From: Eledone cirrhosa
Lineage: Eukaryota
Length of the DNA: 64,000 nucleotides
Reading direction: 5' to 3'
Assembly (NCBI GenBank): GCA_964016885.1
Contig: OZ024740.1
Location: forward strand, 356,190,001-356,254,000
Below, in pieces: positions 40,475-54,433 of this stretch; position 1 is the first letter of the stretch; the number at the start of each line of letters is the position of its first letter. The notes under the pieces are model-generated. The model had not been told where the DNA came from, did not search any database, and worked only from the letters and a program-made list of their open reading frames with translations. The translations under genes and the position numbers were made by a program.

Positions 40475-40900
40475 TACAACCTTGGGAGACGTAAATTTGT
40501 ATTAATGGATATATGCACGTGTTCCCTTGACGTGAATCATTGGTTTGCTAACAAAGAAAGCAATATTATTTTTATTGTTGCCAGCCTCCGCATCAATTAT
40601 TTCATTTGCTTTCTCATATAGAATCTTAGTTTATTTCGGATTTATTCTCATTTCCAAAGCGTACAGTTATTTATTTTGTTTTGGAGCATATATGTAAAAA
40701 AAGCTTTCTAGTAAAATATATCAAGTTTTTATGTTTAACTCGGAACAAAGGCGCCTCAATTTCGTGGAAGGAAAGAAATTGGCAGTACTCATTCATACCT
40801 TTCCGAATGAGATTAATGATCACGGGAAGCGAATTGTCTTCATTCGGGAACTGAAAATACATTGTTGTAGATGGATGCCGCAAACTGACATCCTTTCTCT
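40475..40900 (-). pseudogene. Possible highly decayed hAT (SPIN/Buster-like) transposase remnant
   Basis: VIINLIRKGMNEYCQFLSFHEIEA resembles IVNxIRxxGLNHRQF..E.EA; downstream NLRL(fs)QG resembles LNLxLQG. Weak. Confidence 0.3.
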
Positions 40901-43900
40901 ATGGCAGTGTTTACGACAAAACATTAAATTGATAAATGATAAATGTCTCCAAAAATTAAAATGGATTATTAGGCCGATGGCTACGTGCGCGTTACATCAC
41001 ATTAAGCGGATGAAGGATGACCCCCATTCACAGAAACGATGGCAGATAGAATTTTATGAATATACAACACCTATTTCCCTTTACTAATTGAAATAGATAA
41101 GTCTTGTATGAGTAAATACTACACGCGATAAGACAAAGAAACGCATGCAAAAGTTTTGAATAAATATCACACGAGAAGTTTGTATGAAATTCTATTTGAT
41201 TTACATTTACGTTAATGACAATTAGCTGCATACTTGACATCAGTTGATTTCTTTGCAAAAACCAACTCTGTTTGCTTCATTCTGTGTTGCAGGATTCGAG
41301 TTGTTAAATTTGATAGATGTGTCGACTACACATATAATTAATGCTTCACATTTTCAGCCTTTTTTCTATGTCACGCTGAATCTTATTGAGAATTACGTTA
41401 AAGGTTTACATGTCTATGGAATTCTCAGCGATTTACACGTTACTTTTAGGCTGTTCCTTTGATACCCGAAACAATAACAATTGAAAATGACAGAGATCCA
41501 TTCTAGAGAAATAAGGCAGAAACATAAATGTTCTCGTGATGTGACAACAGTTTTATAATATGGTCGTTTCTGTGGAAACGATTCACGAGAGCTGAGTATT
41601 CAATGAAAAGATGATAGAAGTGGATCGAGAAGAAGATAAATATTTGTTTCACACGATTCACTTATTGAAAATGACGAGATAATTATAAAATTTCTCGCTG
41701 CCTATTTGACTGATTCGCCTTTTTGACAGGAATCCGTACCCACCTCCACCCAACCAAAAGAGAACGTACATCGATAACAAACATACAAGCATATATTTCA
41801 TATACACATAACATTTAAATATAATTTCATACAAGCCATGTTGGCTATATGTAAGGAAGTTTACTTTTGTAAGTGTTAAGATTTTAATCCCTCAAGAAAT
41901 CTCTATCACTTGTTTAGAAGAAATGGCGATGATTGTTAACGGCTTTCAACGAATTGAATATACATATAAATTGTATCATGACAGTAGAATGTTATATGGA
42001 AGCATGAGGGATATAGTTTGCGAGAAATGTGTAATAATTTTATCTACTTTATGAAATACAATAGCAATTGTATTTGGTTTATTGCTATACATTTATGAAA
42101 TTTATAAGTTCTCAGATTCGTGTTAGAAGGCATGTAAAGTGGAAGGATCTTAATGATAATTAACAACTTATGTAAGGTGAAATATCTAAAACTAAGATTC
42201 AATAGTCATATTAAGAGGTACACAGTTATAACATTTAATTTATTTGAGTAAGCATATTCTTCTTCAAGGATTTATATGAGAGTAAAAAGATGGCCCCATA
42301 TTGGCTTCCAGAATTTTACTGCAATTATGATACAAATGCATAGGATGTTACTTATACAAATCGGTCGCTCAATGCTTTTGCAAGAACGTCATCTGTGCTT
42401 TTCTAACGACTCTTCACTGATATGTTGTAGAGAAGACTTTCAATCTCGACTTAACAATGTTCAAATTTTAGGATCTTCTATTTTGTTAGTTTATCTCACT
42501 TCAGCAACATAATGCAGTTTTAATGAACAAATATTTTTTCGAAGATGTTTCTTTCACGATAAAGTTAATTTAAACTTCATTTCAGCATCTCATACAATTA
42601 TATTCAAACATTGGCCTATTTTATTCACCCCTGACAATGTTTATCATCAATAAAAGAAAATTTATATCTAGTGAATCAGAAGAAAAGAAAAGGAGATAGC
42701 GGAAGACTGAGAGACAGTATTAAAGAGAAGAAAAAAAAAACAATATTATCCTTAATCTTATGCTCTCGGCTCGCCTTCGTTTAATCTTTTAACCATTAAA
42801 CGCACGAGTGTTATGAATTAAAATGGACACAATCCTTCATTTTTATCTCCATGCATGTGAGCTTATTAAATTGCAATAAAATAATTTAAATCAGTTATGC
42901 ATTTGATTAAGGGAGACTGTCAAATTATGGTTTAGAAACCAAATTGGATAATACTACATTGGCAAACAATAATGGTACTAGAGGTGTTTAAATTACGTAG
43001 TCTAATTCTACTAAACATAGTTATGTGCATACAATTAAAACGCATGTTGTGGTCAAATGGGTTTTAAAAGAAGCCTTATAAATATAAATATAAATTAATA
43101 AATGAATTCTTCATTCGTCTGGAATACATATTTGGGATACACTCCGTTTTGGATTTTGTTTAATGATGTTTCTAGAATAATTCCATATTTCATCCATTGC
43201 CAACACATACATAATTTGGCTAAACAAACTGTTTATGTTTAGATGAATAACAAAAGTCAGCTTTACTTGGTGTAAACTATGTTCCAGCGAAGGATTTAAA
43301 TTGTGCAGCGACATAACAGCACATTCAACGTTTGAGAATGCTTCGTCTACTATGGTCCCTTAATATGCGAATGTTATGTATGCTTCCACACTAAGATTTG
43401 TCTTTAGGTAAGACCTCGGAGGAGGAAAAGCTTACAGTATTTGATAGAAAAGTGTTGATAAATATGGAGAAACCTTTAAAAAAATATTTCCTGCACAGCT
43501 CCCATATTCTGGGTCACTTGTCTATGAGAGACACGCGTAAAATATGTTGTGTCACCATACTGAGCCCACACTGACATGCTGTCAGCCATCTCAATAACTC
43601 TGGGTAAATTGTTTTAAATCTGCTATATCTTGTGGTCGATATGCCATTTTGGAAATAAGCACACTGTCTTTTACTAGTTTCATTCATAAGACCGCGGCTC
43701 TGTTTGAGCCTGACTGTCATTAACTCAATCATATCGGTCCCAGTACTTATATTTTCAAGTCTGGACCCGGAACCACATGGTTGTCAAACAAAATCCTTAA
43801 CCACACAGCCATGCCTGCACCTGTCTATTTTTCCTCTTTATTTCTGAGAGCATTGCTAAATTCAAAGTCATTCATTTTCTTTACATCTTTATATGAAACT

Positions 43901-46409
43901 TTTTTTTTATCGCTTCGTGTCCAATAAAGAAGAACAGCATACACGAAATTTTATCGAACTCGTGACCCGGTGAGAGAAAGGTTTTCTAAAATCGAACACG
44001 AGATTAAAATATTTACAAATCTTAGATCTGCCAGGAAGTATGCAATATTTGACGAGGTGCTGCATCAAATTCTTTATACTTGGAATTTTATGTAATAACT
44101 TTTTCCATACAAAATAGGGAATGCGTGGTAACTATTTACTACCTTTGTAATATGGCAGACAAGCAGTGGCAGAAATTAATGTATTTACAACATAGATTAC
44201 AGTTTCAATTACCTTTGAATTTCCAAAAGAGCTTTGAACACTGAAACAATTGTATCTGGTAGTCATTATATCACTCTTATATTGCTATATATATTTTTGT
44301 TTTATTTTGAAATTATTATATACTATAGAGTATGAAGCTTTCGTCATTTATCTCCCATTTGGTCATTAACATTCTGTTTCACCGCATTTAAATCATAATC
44401 ATAGCTCTACGATAATGTAATTATTTTAGCATTATATTAAATACTTGTGTTGCTACAGCTGTAATGTTAGTGTGTTCAACCCAAGACTATTGATCTATGT
44501 CTAATATTATTCTATGTCAGTAATATTTATCCATAATATCAGAAAAGCAACGTTCCATTGGACACTGGTATCAAGGTTTACTTCTAATCAAGAATCTATT
44601 TCTTAGTAACTCAGCTGGTTGTATTCAGGCTCACTTATGCTCCCTCGTAGCCATCGTCAGATGATAAAATCAGTGCAAAAATAATTTCCTGATTACTGTG
44701 CCGTTAAGCGGGAAAACAAGTATGACACAAAAATAGACTTGCTGGCAACATATAAAAAATTATCTTTGGTATGCTTGCAAGCAAACCGATTTAGCTTTGT
44801 ATTCTACAAAGCAATAAAGTATGAGGTAATGAGTCAGTCATTTCAACAAACTATCACGTTGAAATCTTCACTTCTGTAGTTATATTGAGTTTCTTTGATA
44901 ACATTTTCTTTTGGCTTAACATATTCTATTTCCAGATATTGATTAATAATATAGTTATTGATTAATTTACTTATAGCCATTCGCTATTGATTTTGACTAA
45001 TTAGAATGAAAATGGTCAATAAAATAGTATAAAAGAAACATTCATATTATTCATTAGCGTTGTTTAAATAAATTTGATTTTTTTTGTGTGAGGAGAGTGT
45101 CGAAAGATGCAGGTGATCGTGTGACTAAAGTGCCATTTCACTTCACTTGTGTAGTTTATGCCATTGGAAAAGGGATGAATATCCTACTATTCCCCTTTAC
45201 CAACACATTCAGATAAATCTATTGTAGTAAAGACGATATATTACAAACTCAAAATATCATCAGTAACAATATGAACAAAAATAATATCGTAATTTGCATT
45301 AAAAACTATTATGAGGTAAAGAGCTGGTCGTCTTTGTAACATTAACTTCGATATAGTAAAGATACGTAGCAACAAAAATGAAATAACCTATATAACAATA
45401 AAAGAATAAGAGTAACAGTTATGGTTCAAATAAAAAATCGTATTCTTTATATAAACTGTAGAAATAAATATATCGTACCCCCCATTTACTTTAACAAGGC
45501 AAGAGACGAACATAAATGAATAGTAATTATATCACTTTTGATGTATCAAAATGAATAACATACATTTAATTCATAACTTTGTTTTCCTTTAGCAGCTAAA
45601 AATTTGTGTTTGAGCTCAGTTAGGTAAATTTTTGTGTAAAATGTGTTTGCAAAATGCAAGTGCATGTGTTTTGTAAACACCTAGAACAGTTCGAGAAAAC
45701 TCTCATCAACCGTTTGTTTTCTTTTGGACAATTTCAACTTCGCGTCTGAAAAGAGGGTAATAGCTCTGAAATATCATGCTTTGTTTTGTTTCCTTTGTCA
45801 TCATTTGCCCCTCGTATTGTACCGGCTTAAAGAACAACAACAATTTATCGGTGTTTTACTAAGTATATATATATATGTTGTATATATATGTTATATATGT
45901 ATATATATACATATATATATATAATGCCAATCATTGAAATTTGAATCTGACTGACATGCAAAAACATATGTATATGAACGAGATAAGCCCAAATCATAGT
46001 AGATTCAAATATCACAGAGAGAAAGCGAGAGAGGGAGGGGCAGGGCGAGAAATAAGGTGTACCAGAAATGAAACACTGATTACAGGTTAAAATATAGTCT
46101 AGATAAATGAGAAACAAAACGAGGATGTAGTTTATGGAACACTCAATTGATTTAGAAGTTGACCTTAAGTAGGAGCAACAACATTAAAAATAACATGAAC
46201 GACACAATTTTGTATTGACAATTTTGAAAGCAGGTTTATCAATATGAATTTTCATAAGATTTCCGTAGTTGCCTCAGTGGACTAGCGTTAAGTACGTCGT
46301 TTATGGCTTTCCTAGAGTTATTAGGGTCGACTTGTCAATCTTCTGGCTCTTTGGTAACAACCTTATTATTCCTATATGTGTTTAACTGTTGAATAAAATT
46401 AATTTATTT

Positions 46410-46506
<97 letters not shown>

Positions 46507-46750
46507 GAGAGTAAATGTGAAAGACCAAAGGTCATTATTGAAAGTCTCCGGATTTCGCAAAATTCATAATATTTTTTATTGGAGAAGGTAAGTTATTTTT
46601 CCGCAAAATTTTGATTGCATTGTTTTGTGTCCTCTCATGTATTTTTTGAAAATGTGATTTATTCATTATAAAGATTAAATGATACCATTCTATATGTAGG
46701 TGGGCCCCCTTCATCTACTGGTAGTCAATATTGTTAGACCCAGTCCACCA

Positions 46751-46805
<55 letters not shown>

Positions 46806-47256
46806 ACACAAACTCAATATTTATACATATATATATATATGTTTGTATGTATGTATGTATGTATGTATGTATGTATGTATGTGTGTGTGTGTATTGATAT
46901 GTATGTCAATGCTGGTTCTACTTTAGGAACGCCTGTCATATAATTTTACTATAGATTTAATTGGAAATAATGGAAGGAAGAGAACTGAAGTATTTTGTGT
47001 TAGTCCCCAACACATTAAACAATAATAGCTACATCCTGTCGTATTTTTGTTTATTATACCTAAATAAACTACAGGTAGCATGACACTAGTTCACACGTAG
47101 CTATAGTTATGCTCTATAGATCATACATGTGAGCTGTTGTATTCAAAATATGTAAAACAATCATTGAATTAGTTAGTGAAATTGTCTTCTGATTAACTTA
47201 CGCGTATACATTTACATACATACACACATACGCATACATGTACACATACGTAAACC

Positions 47257-47299
<43 letters not shown>

Positions 47300-47489
47300 C
47301 AAGGTTTATAATGTCCTCGTCAGTAGTCTTCTGATTTAACGTTGGTATTTCGACGCATTAACGACTAGATACCTAAAATCATTGCGAGCGATAACTCAAT
47401 TAAGTTATGGGGACAGTGGGAAAACGGAGGGAAGGAAACAAACACATGGTGGTATGCAACGAAAAGAGAGAAAAATAGAGATAAGTCAA

Positions 47490-47539
<50 letters not shown>

Positions 47540-47564
47540 GGGCTTATATATATATATATATATA

Positions 47565-47950
47565 CAGGGTAGGTAGAAAGAAACTCCCTATTGAATATGA
47601 CTTACAACTTTTGCCCTACTGTGACCACTTGGGACAACATTAATGACATCATTTTGGATGCACTGTCCGTAAGTAGTTTATCCAATGTTGAGGACGTTGT
47701 CCGGGTCATCGAGGTCCTCATGAATAGCCAGCAGGAAGCCCTGACTTAACACCATGCGATTTGTTTTTGTGAGGATGAGCAGAGAACGAATTTATAGTTC
47801 AAAACAAAAAAAAACAAAAAATCAAACAAACAAAAAAGCAATCGTCATGTACTGACCAACATACCACCTACGTTTTTGATGAAATCAGTCGAGGATGTAC
47901 TCAGACAATTACAAATACTGGTGGACAGCGCTGGTGCTTATATAACATTT
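47565..47950. mobile_element. Possible Tc1/mariner terminal fragment in (TA)n
   Basis: Begins TA|CAGGGT; no matching second TIR found. Confidence 0.25.
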
Positions 47951-47984
47951 TATCAGTGTACTGTACTTCTATCATTTTACCGAT

Positions 47985-48024
<40 letters not shown>

Positions 48025-48064
48025 GATATTAAATAAATGGAAACTATATTTATAAAACCATATT

Positions 48065-48129
48065 TATTTCATTATACATATTTCAGGGATACCAAATTAA
48101 AATATGGCATGCCTTCGTCAGATAAAATA
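48065..48129 (-). ncRNA. Type I hammerhead ribozyme motif (inverse copy)
   Basis: Reverse complement of 48266-48330. Confidence 0.8.
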
Positions 48130-48265
48130 CAATATATAAACAGTTTTATAAATAATTTTGACGTACCCTATTAGAAGCGACCATTATTTTTGGAGGCTGT
48201 CTGGATAATAATGGTCGCTTCTAATAGGGTACGTCAAAATTATTTATAAAACTATTTATATATTG

Positions 48266-48330
48266 TATTTTATCTGACGAAGGCATGCCATATTTTAATT
48301 TGGTATCCCTGAAATATGTATAATGAAATA
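48266..48330 (+). ncRNA. Type I hammerhead ribozyme motif
   Basis: TATTTTAT CTGACGA AGGcATGCCA...TGGTATcCCT GAAA TATGTA TA ATGAAATA. Confidence 0.8.
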
Positions 48331-48458
48331 AATATGGTTTTATAAATATAGTTTCCATTTATTTAATATCGTATATCTACTCCAAAAACTTGTCGAGTGC
48401 TTTATATCAGTTATAAAATATTTACTTGTTGTATCCCAACAATTTTAAATAAAACTTT

Positions 48459-48500
<42 letters not shown>

Positions 48501-48570
48501 TCTATAATAGATATATGTATATTATATATATATAACAAATAGTTTTATCGCTCTACATGACTGAATACAA

Positions 48571-48986
48571 TAAATGTAATCTGAGCTTTTTGAATACTAA
48601 TAATAGTATTCGATTTGTTTGCAATTTGGCTAACAGCCTCTTTAAGCCATGTAATTTCTTGCTCTTGTGTTGGCATATAAATAGAACGGCAGACACTAAT
48701 GTTTCTGGGTGTTTACCCTTCATCACTACCGTATACTGTTTACCTGCCAACTGTCAGTGTTAGTGAAAATATATGATATTTTCTAGAATATACAGTGACT
48801 GAGCAATATACGGTACTGATGAAGGGTAATCACCCAGAAACATTAGTGCCTGCCGTACTGTTTATATGCCAACACAAGAGCAAGAATGACGGAGTCATTC
48901 TACGTACATGGCTTAAAGAGGCTGCTTGCATAATGCAAATCAATCAAATAGCATTATTAATATTCGAAAAGGTCAGATTTACATAT

Positions 48987-48988
<2 letters not shown>
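48571..48988. mobile_element. Older, diverged inverted-repeat insert with two damaged hammerheads
   Basis: Arms about 48571-48740 / 48805-48985; ORF-track peptides on opposite strands share QYTV.MKG.HPETLV.AVLFICQHKSK. Hammerhead-like motifs at 48686-48733 (-) and 48809-48857 (+). Confidence 0.75.
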
Positions 48989-49067
<79 letters not shown>

Positions 49068-49980
49068 ACAGAACAATAATATATATATACATAAATATAA
49101 TATATATATAAATATATACATAACGAAGGAGGTGTGGTAAGGAACCAGATGGGCCATAACGCACCAGAGTACTCAATACTCGAGCTCTGCCGTCGGGGTC
49201 AAATATTTTCCTATATATATACATATACATACGTGTGTGTGTGTGTGTGTGTATCTATGCAAAAGTATATGTATATATGTATATTTATCCATGTATACAT
49301 ATATGTGTGAGCAACATGTATTGGCTGAATGAGTAATCAGTATGTGTGTAAATTCTCATATTTACTACTATTTTATTGGTTGTGATTTCGAAGTTTTATT
49401 AGTAATAACATATTCAGTGTGCATCATTTTAGTGATGGCAATATGTTTAGTGTTTCTCTGACGGCGTATGTCTACCTCAGTATCTAAGTTTACAACCTGA
49501 AGCTTCCGAAATATCACCAAACTCCCTCTGTTGCTGTTGCCTATACCACTCCATTATAGACCTATGTAGTGGTTGTTTATAGCTAGCTGCTCCAGACTTC
49601 TGGAGGTTTTAACTGTATCTATATGCACAACACAATACAAATGATAATATATAAATCCGCAGTCCTTTGGCTAATATTTCAACATACATATCGACCCAAT
49701 CATGCACATCTCCGTACATTTGCTTATTTCATTGTTATTTTTGTTGCAGTTGTTTTTGCAATTTTTCTTCCTTACATTATGAGATAATTAAAAAACATTT
49801 CCCTTCGTATATAAACTCCTCTTATTAATTCCTTAATTGATTATATTGAGATGAAGTTAACCAGAAAATGGTCTGTTTAGAAATTTTGTTCCGAATCAAA
49901 TATAGTCATTAAAAAACCATACAATATACATTAACTGGAAAAGAATTTGTTAGTTTCACACATTAGCTATGATCACATAA

Positions 49981-50298
49981 ATAATTGTTTCTACTTTAGG
50001 CACAAGGCCAGCAATTACCCAGTGCATTACTGGTACTTTATTTTATCGACCCCGTAAGGATGAAAGGCAAAGTCAACCTCGGCGGGATTTGAACTCAGAT
50101 CGTAAAGGGACGTAACTGCTGGAAAGCATGGCGTCCGACCCTCTACTGATACTGCCAATCCACCGCCCCTATGATCACATAAATAATTGTTTCTACTTTA
50201 GGCACAAGGCCAGCAATTACCAGTGCATTACTGGTACTTTATTTTATCGACCCCGTAAGGATGAAAGGCAAAGTCAACCTCGGCGGGATTTGAACTCA
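49981..50298 (-). mobile_element. Tandem SINE family A pair with triplicated target site
   Basis: TATGATCACATAAATAAT at 49968-49985, 50170-50187 and 50300-50317; full copy 49981-50168, truncated copy 50183-50298. Confidence 0.9.
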
Positions 50299-50788
50299 TT
50301 ATGATCACATAAATAATGACACTCAATTTTATTTCTTGTAAGACGGAAAAGAAGGTTCGAGTTTACTAACCATCTGATCGGTGATTAGTACATCTAATGT
50401 ATTGGTCTGGTTCGATTCTGTATCATTAGTTTCGAAGACTAAACTTAAAAATTCGTGTGGGTTTGGTGAAAACAACGAGAATGCACAACTGTGTAAACTA
50501 GGTGGTGTATTAGTTAACACGTTATAACGTCTAACAAAATTCATTGTATTTATAGGTCACATTAGTCGGAAGTCAACTTTATTTTCAGTCTTCATGGATT
50601 ATTAACAAAGTAACAGCCCGGTACTGGGGACTATTCAATCGAATGCTGCAAGTTTTCCAGTTGTATTCAGGCAAGAAATTACGACTGATTATCCCAAACA
50701 AATCTTTTTAGTCATGATCATGCTTTAAGTTTGGATGAGGGTGTTTATTTTACACCATGAGGAGCAGCAACCACTCTCAAATGCATGA

Positions 50789-50977
50789 AAATGGTTTTTG
50801 ATTTAGATACACGGCCAACAATTTTGGGGGAGGAGAAAGTCGATTAAAACGACCAGTGCGAATTAGTACTTTATTTTACCAACCCCGTAAGGATTTGAAT
50901 CCAGAACGTAAAGGGTCGTAACTAAATACTACAAAGTCTTTTGTCCAACGCTTTAACAATTCTGCTAATCGATTGCC
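50789..50977 (-). mobile_element. SINE family A, diverged
   Basis: GTACTTTATTTTACCAACCCCGTAAGGAT...CAGAACGTAAAGGG. Confidence 0.65.
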
Positions 50978-52886
50978 TATTTTGAAAATAAAGTAATGAA
51001 ACAATATTTTAAACATAATATAGTTAACGAGATATGTGACATGTCCACCATCATGTCGGTGCTGTTTAACAGAAGTAATCTTTGTTGAACACTCTACAGC
51101 GATATTTCAGTGGTATAATTGCTTTCTTCATTCCTACACAATCTGTAATAAAGAGCATGATGAACAACTGCACATATGCATCTGGTATAAGCATATATTC
51201 TAAACGAGTTGTTTAAAACTGAAACTAGAAATTCTTTTTAAAAACAAGTTCTTTTAAAATTCACCCCTTTAAAATGATTTATATCGTTTGAAAAATATTA
51301 CTTCTCACCCCAGAATGATTTTAGCTAACTATAAATAAATACAAATACAGCATAAAGACGCCCCAGGGCTCTATTTAGTACCAGCAAAGCTCCATTAGAA
51401 AGTTCTACATATTTATAATATTTGGCCTATCTCCATGTAATACACGCACTCTGAGCTAATAGTAGATAAATCACTATTTTAATGCTTCTGCAATTTCTTC
51501 CAAACGCTCAACACATTGTAATTTTGTTGGTAAACATACCACTCCCACCTCGAATACATTGATTTACAGTAAAGTGAGAGAAAACGTAAATGAAAAAATA
51601 CATCTAAATATATACTTCATTGCCGGAAGAAACCCGTCTAGATAATAAATATGAATCACTGTATGATATTTGTATCTTGATTACATGTTATATCTTGTAT
51701 ATAAAAAACTGTGCATATATTTGTTATACAGTAAAAAAGAATTACTTAATGTACATACAGTAATATCTGTATTTATATTGCAGTAAACTAACGCAAACGG
51801 ATTTAGTAATTGATAATATTGAAACAGAACTTTACGTGTTTCTGAATAGCAAGAGCAATGGGAATCTGTCAAGGCGGATCTAAAATTTAATTCGTTGGAA
51901 TAAATGTCAGTTTTACACCGGATTTTGTTAGCTGACAGATTTCCATTAACAGGAAAATCTATTTTTGTTTCGAGAACGTTTTCAGGATTATTAGAATTCC
52001 AGAAATGTGTTTCTAAATATCATGTAGGAGATAAGATACAGCTTTTATTTGATGATTATCTATAATTTAGTTTCTTCACTGCCTGTAATAAGTACAAAAA
52101 TATATCGACTATTAAGTATGTTTTGTGCGTAGTTTATCACAGAGAACCAAATATAACTGACTATTCACACATAATGTACGTGATGTTTTTCAATATGGGT
52201 AGACAGTAGAACAGATAATGAAGTTTAGCATGTAGATTCATTGATGATTATGATCGAATAATAAAATGATAGATTGCCAAAAAAGTATCTCATGTTACAT
52301 ATTTATGTTCCATTATATTCTGAGTTCGACATTGACTTTCATCTTTTTAAGATCAATGAAATGAGCACCAGGTTAGTACTAGGACGATTTATTAAACTCT
52401 TCCTCTTTAACCCTGAACATATGTGGCCTTGTGCCTAAGTTAGAAGCCATCATAATGGTTTTCTTACGTATTTGCAATCTGAGGAAGACGTGTAAAATAT
52501 GAGCTTCAAATAATTTAGAATACTAAACTGGAAAAAAGGAAAACGAAAGTTGTAATGATATGCCAAGAAAGCCTAATTTAAATTTGTAAAGAGGCGAATA
52601 CATTGGCAGAGCAATTACAACATGCTAGCCTCTGATTATAACAACAACGATAGTAATACTAATAACAGCAGTGACGATGACAGTCAATAACTGCAATGAT
52701 AGTAAAAAAAGAAAGTAAAGCTAAGTAGCAGCCAAATCTTCCCCCAATTATATCCTACCGTCTTAAATAGCGAAGGGATATTCAGATGATGTAGTCATAG
52801 ATATATTATGTTTAAAAATAAGTCAGATCAAAGGTCAGTTCATTCAAACCTGTGGCTGAACATCAACAACCATGACCTTAGGAATA

Positions 52887-53076
52887 ATAATTGTTTCTAC
52901 TTTAGGCACAAGGCCAGCAATTATCCAGTGCATTACTGGTACTTTATTTTATCGACCCCGTAAGGATGAAAGGCAAAGTCAAACTCGGCGTGATTTGAAC
53001 TCAGATCGTAAAGGGACGTAACTATGCTGGAAAGCATGGCGTCCGACCCTCTACCGATACTGCCAATCCACTGCCC
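52887..53076 (-). mobile_element. Young SINE family A
   Basis: Near-identical to 10688-10875; imperfect TSD CCTTAG...TAATAAT. Confidence 0.9.
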
Positions 53077-53319
53077 TTAGAAGTAATAATGATACCAATA
53101 GTAAAAAAAAGACAGCCGCAGTAACAGTAGCATAAATAAATAAATATGTGCGTGGGTGTTCGTGAATTTATATATGTACACACACACACACATATATAGA
53201 AGTATTAACACAACATTTAGTTCACCATACCGAGAACAATTGTTTCACCTAATATATATATATATACATACATGCATGCATACATACATAGACAGACACT
53301 AAAACACACACACACACGC

Positions 53320-53369
<50 letters not shown>

Positions 53370-53925
53370 ATTGATGTATATGTTTTGGTGTGTTGTCTAT
53401 GTATATGGTTGTATGTCTTTAAAAAGGGAGAAGGTTATATATAAACACATACACCAACATTTGGTGTTGAATATAACTAATACATACATACGCACTAACA
53501 CAAACACTAACTCACACACATGCATACGCACAAAATAACACAAAGGATGCATTTCAACAAGCGAAAATGTATACGAAAGTTTTAACTGAAAAGAATTTGT
53601 TGTGGATAAATGAAGCTATAGAAAGCATCAATTAGAGTAGCTGTAATTGAGGACTAGAATTATAAATTCCAACACAGCGGCATGGTTCCATGAATGTCCT
53701 GTTCACTTCAAATGAATATTATGAAAATTAATTCCTTCTGTGTAATTATCTTACGATTTTCAATGATTAGCTAAACATTGCTAAGTCAGTGAGTTGACCA
53801 ATTGACTATTGCGTTTACAAATACATTTTGACGTACAATATTAAAACCCTAGTGATAGCGTAGTTAGATGTCTAGACATATGGCAGATTGATATACGTCG
53901 ATATATACGACAGATTGATGTACGT

Positions 53926-53996
<71 letters not shown>

Positions 53997-54109
53997 ACGA
54001 AGGAAATGTGGTAAGGAACCAGGTGGACCATAACGCACCAAAGTACTCAATACTTAGGGTAGTAGAATGGGTAATAGGAACGAGTAGGACCCCACTCGTC
54101 TTACTCGTT

Positions 54110-54170
<61 letters not shown>

Positions 54171-54433
54171 GTATATAATTATGTGTGTGTGTGTATGCAG
54201 GATATCCGTAGATAAAAGGTCAGGAATAACAGCGCTCAATCTATGGTAAGAGAGCTTATTTAGCATAAAGTTTCATACACTTAACATGTATGCGCGATCT
54301 TAAATTTCGGCGTCCAGTTAGTGTCTGAGCGCTCGTTGAGAAAGCGGTTTTGACGACGTTCCTCCACTATACAGTGGTGGCCATAACTGGATCTAAGGTC
54401 ACGCATACATGAAATGTTATTTATGCTATATCG

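Larger units (their letters stand above)
48022..48461. mobile_element. Non-coding hairpin insert in (TA)n with hammerheads on both strands
   Basis: Arms 48022-48188 / 48207-48373 (one mismatch seen), 18-nt loop, tail 48377-48461. Confidence 0.85.

Noticed and set aside
45745-45780. CTGAAAA/TTGAAAA...GAAA motif in a repeat shared with 17975-18020
   Set aside because: Stems I and II are inconsistent between the two copies; too degenerate to call.
47297-47323. CTGACGA GGACA...TGTCT on minus strand
   Set aside because: Ends in (TA)n before GAAA; at most a half hammerhead, so not called.
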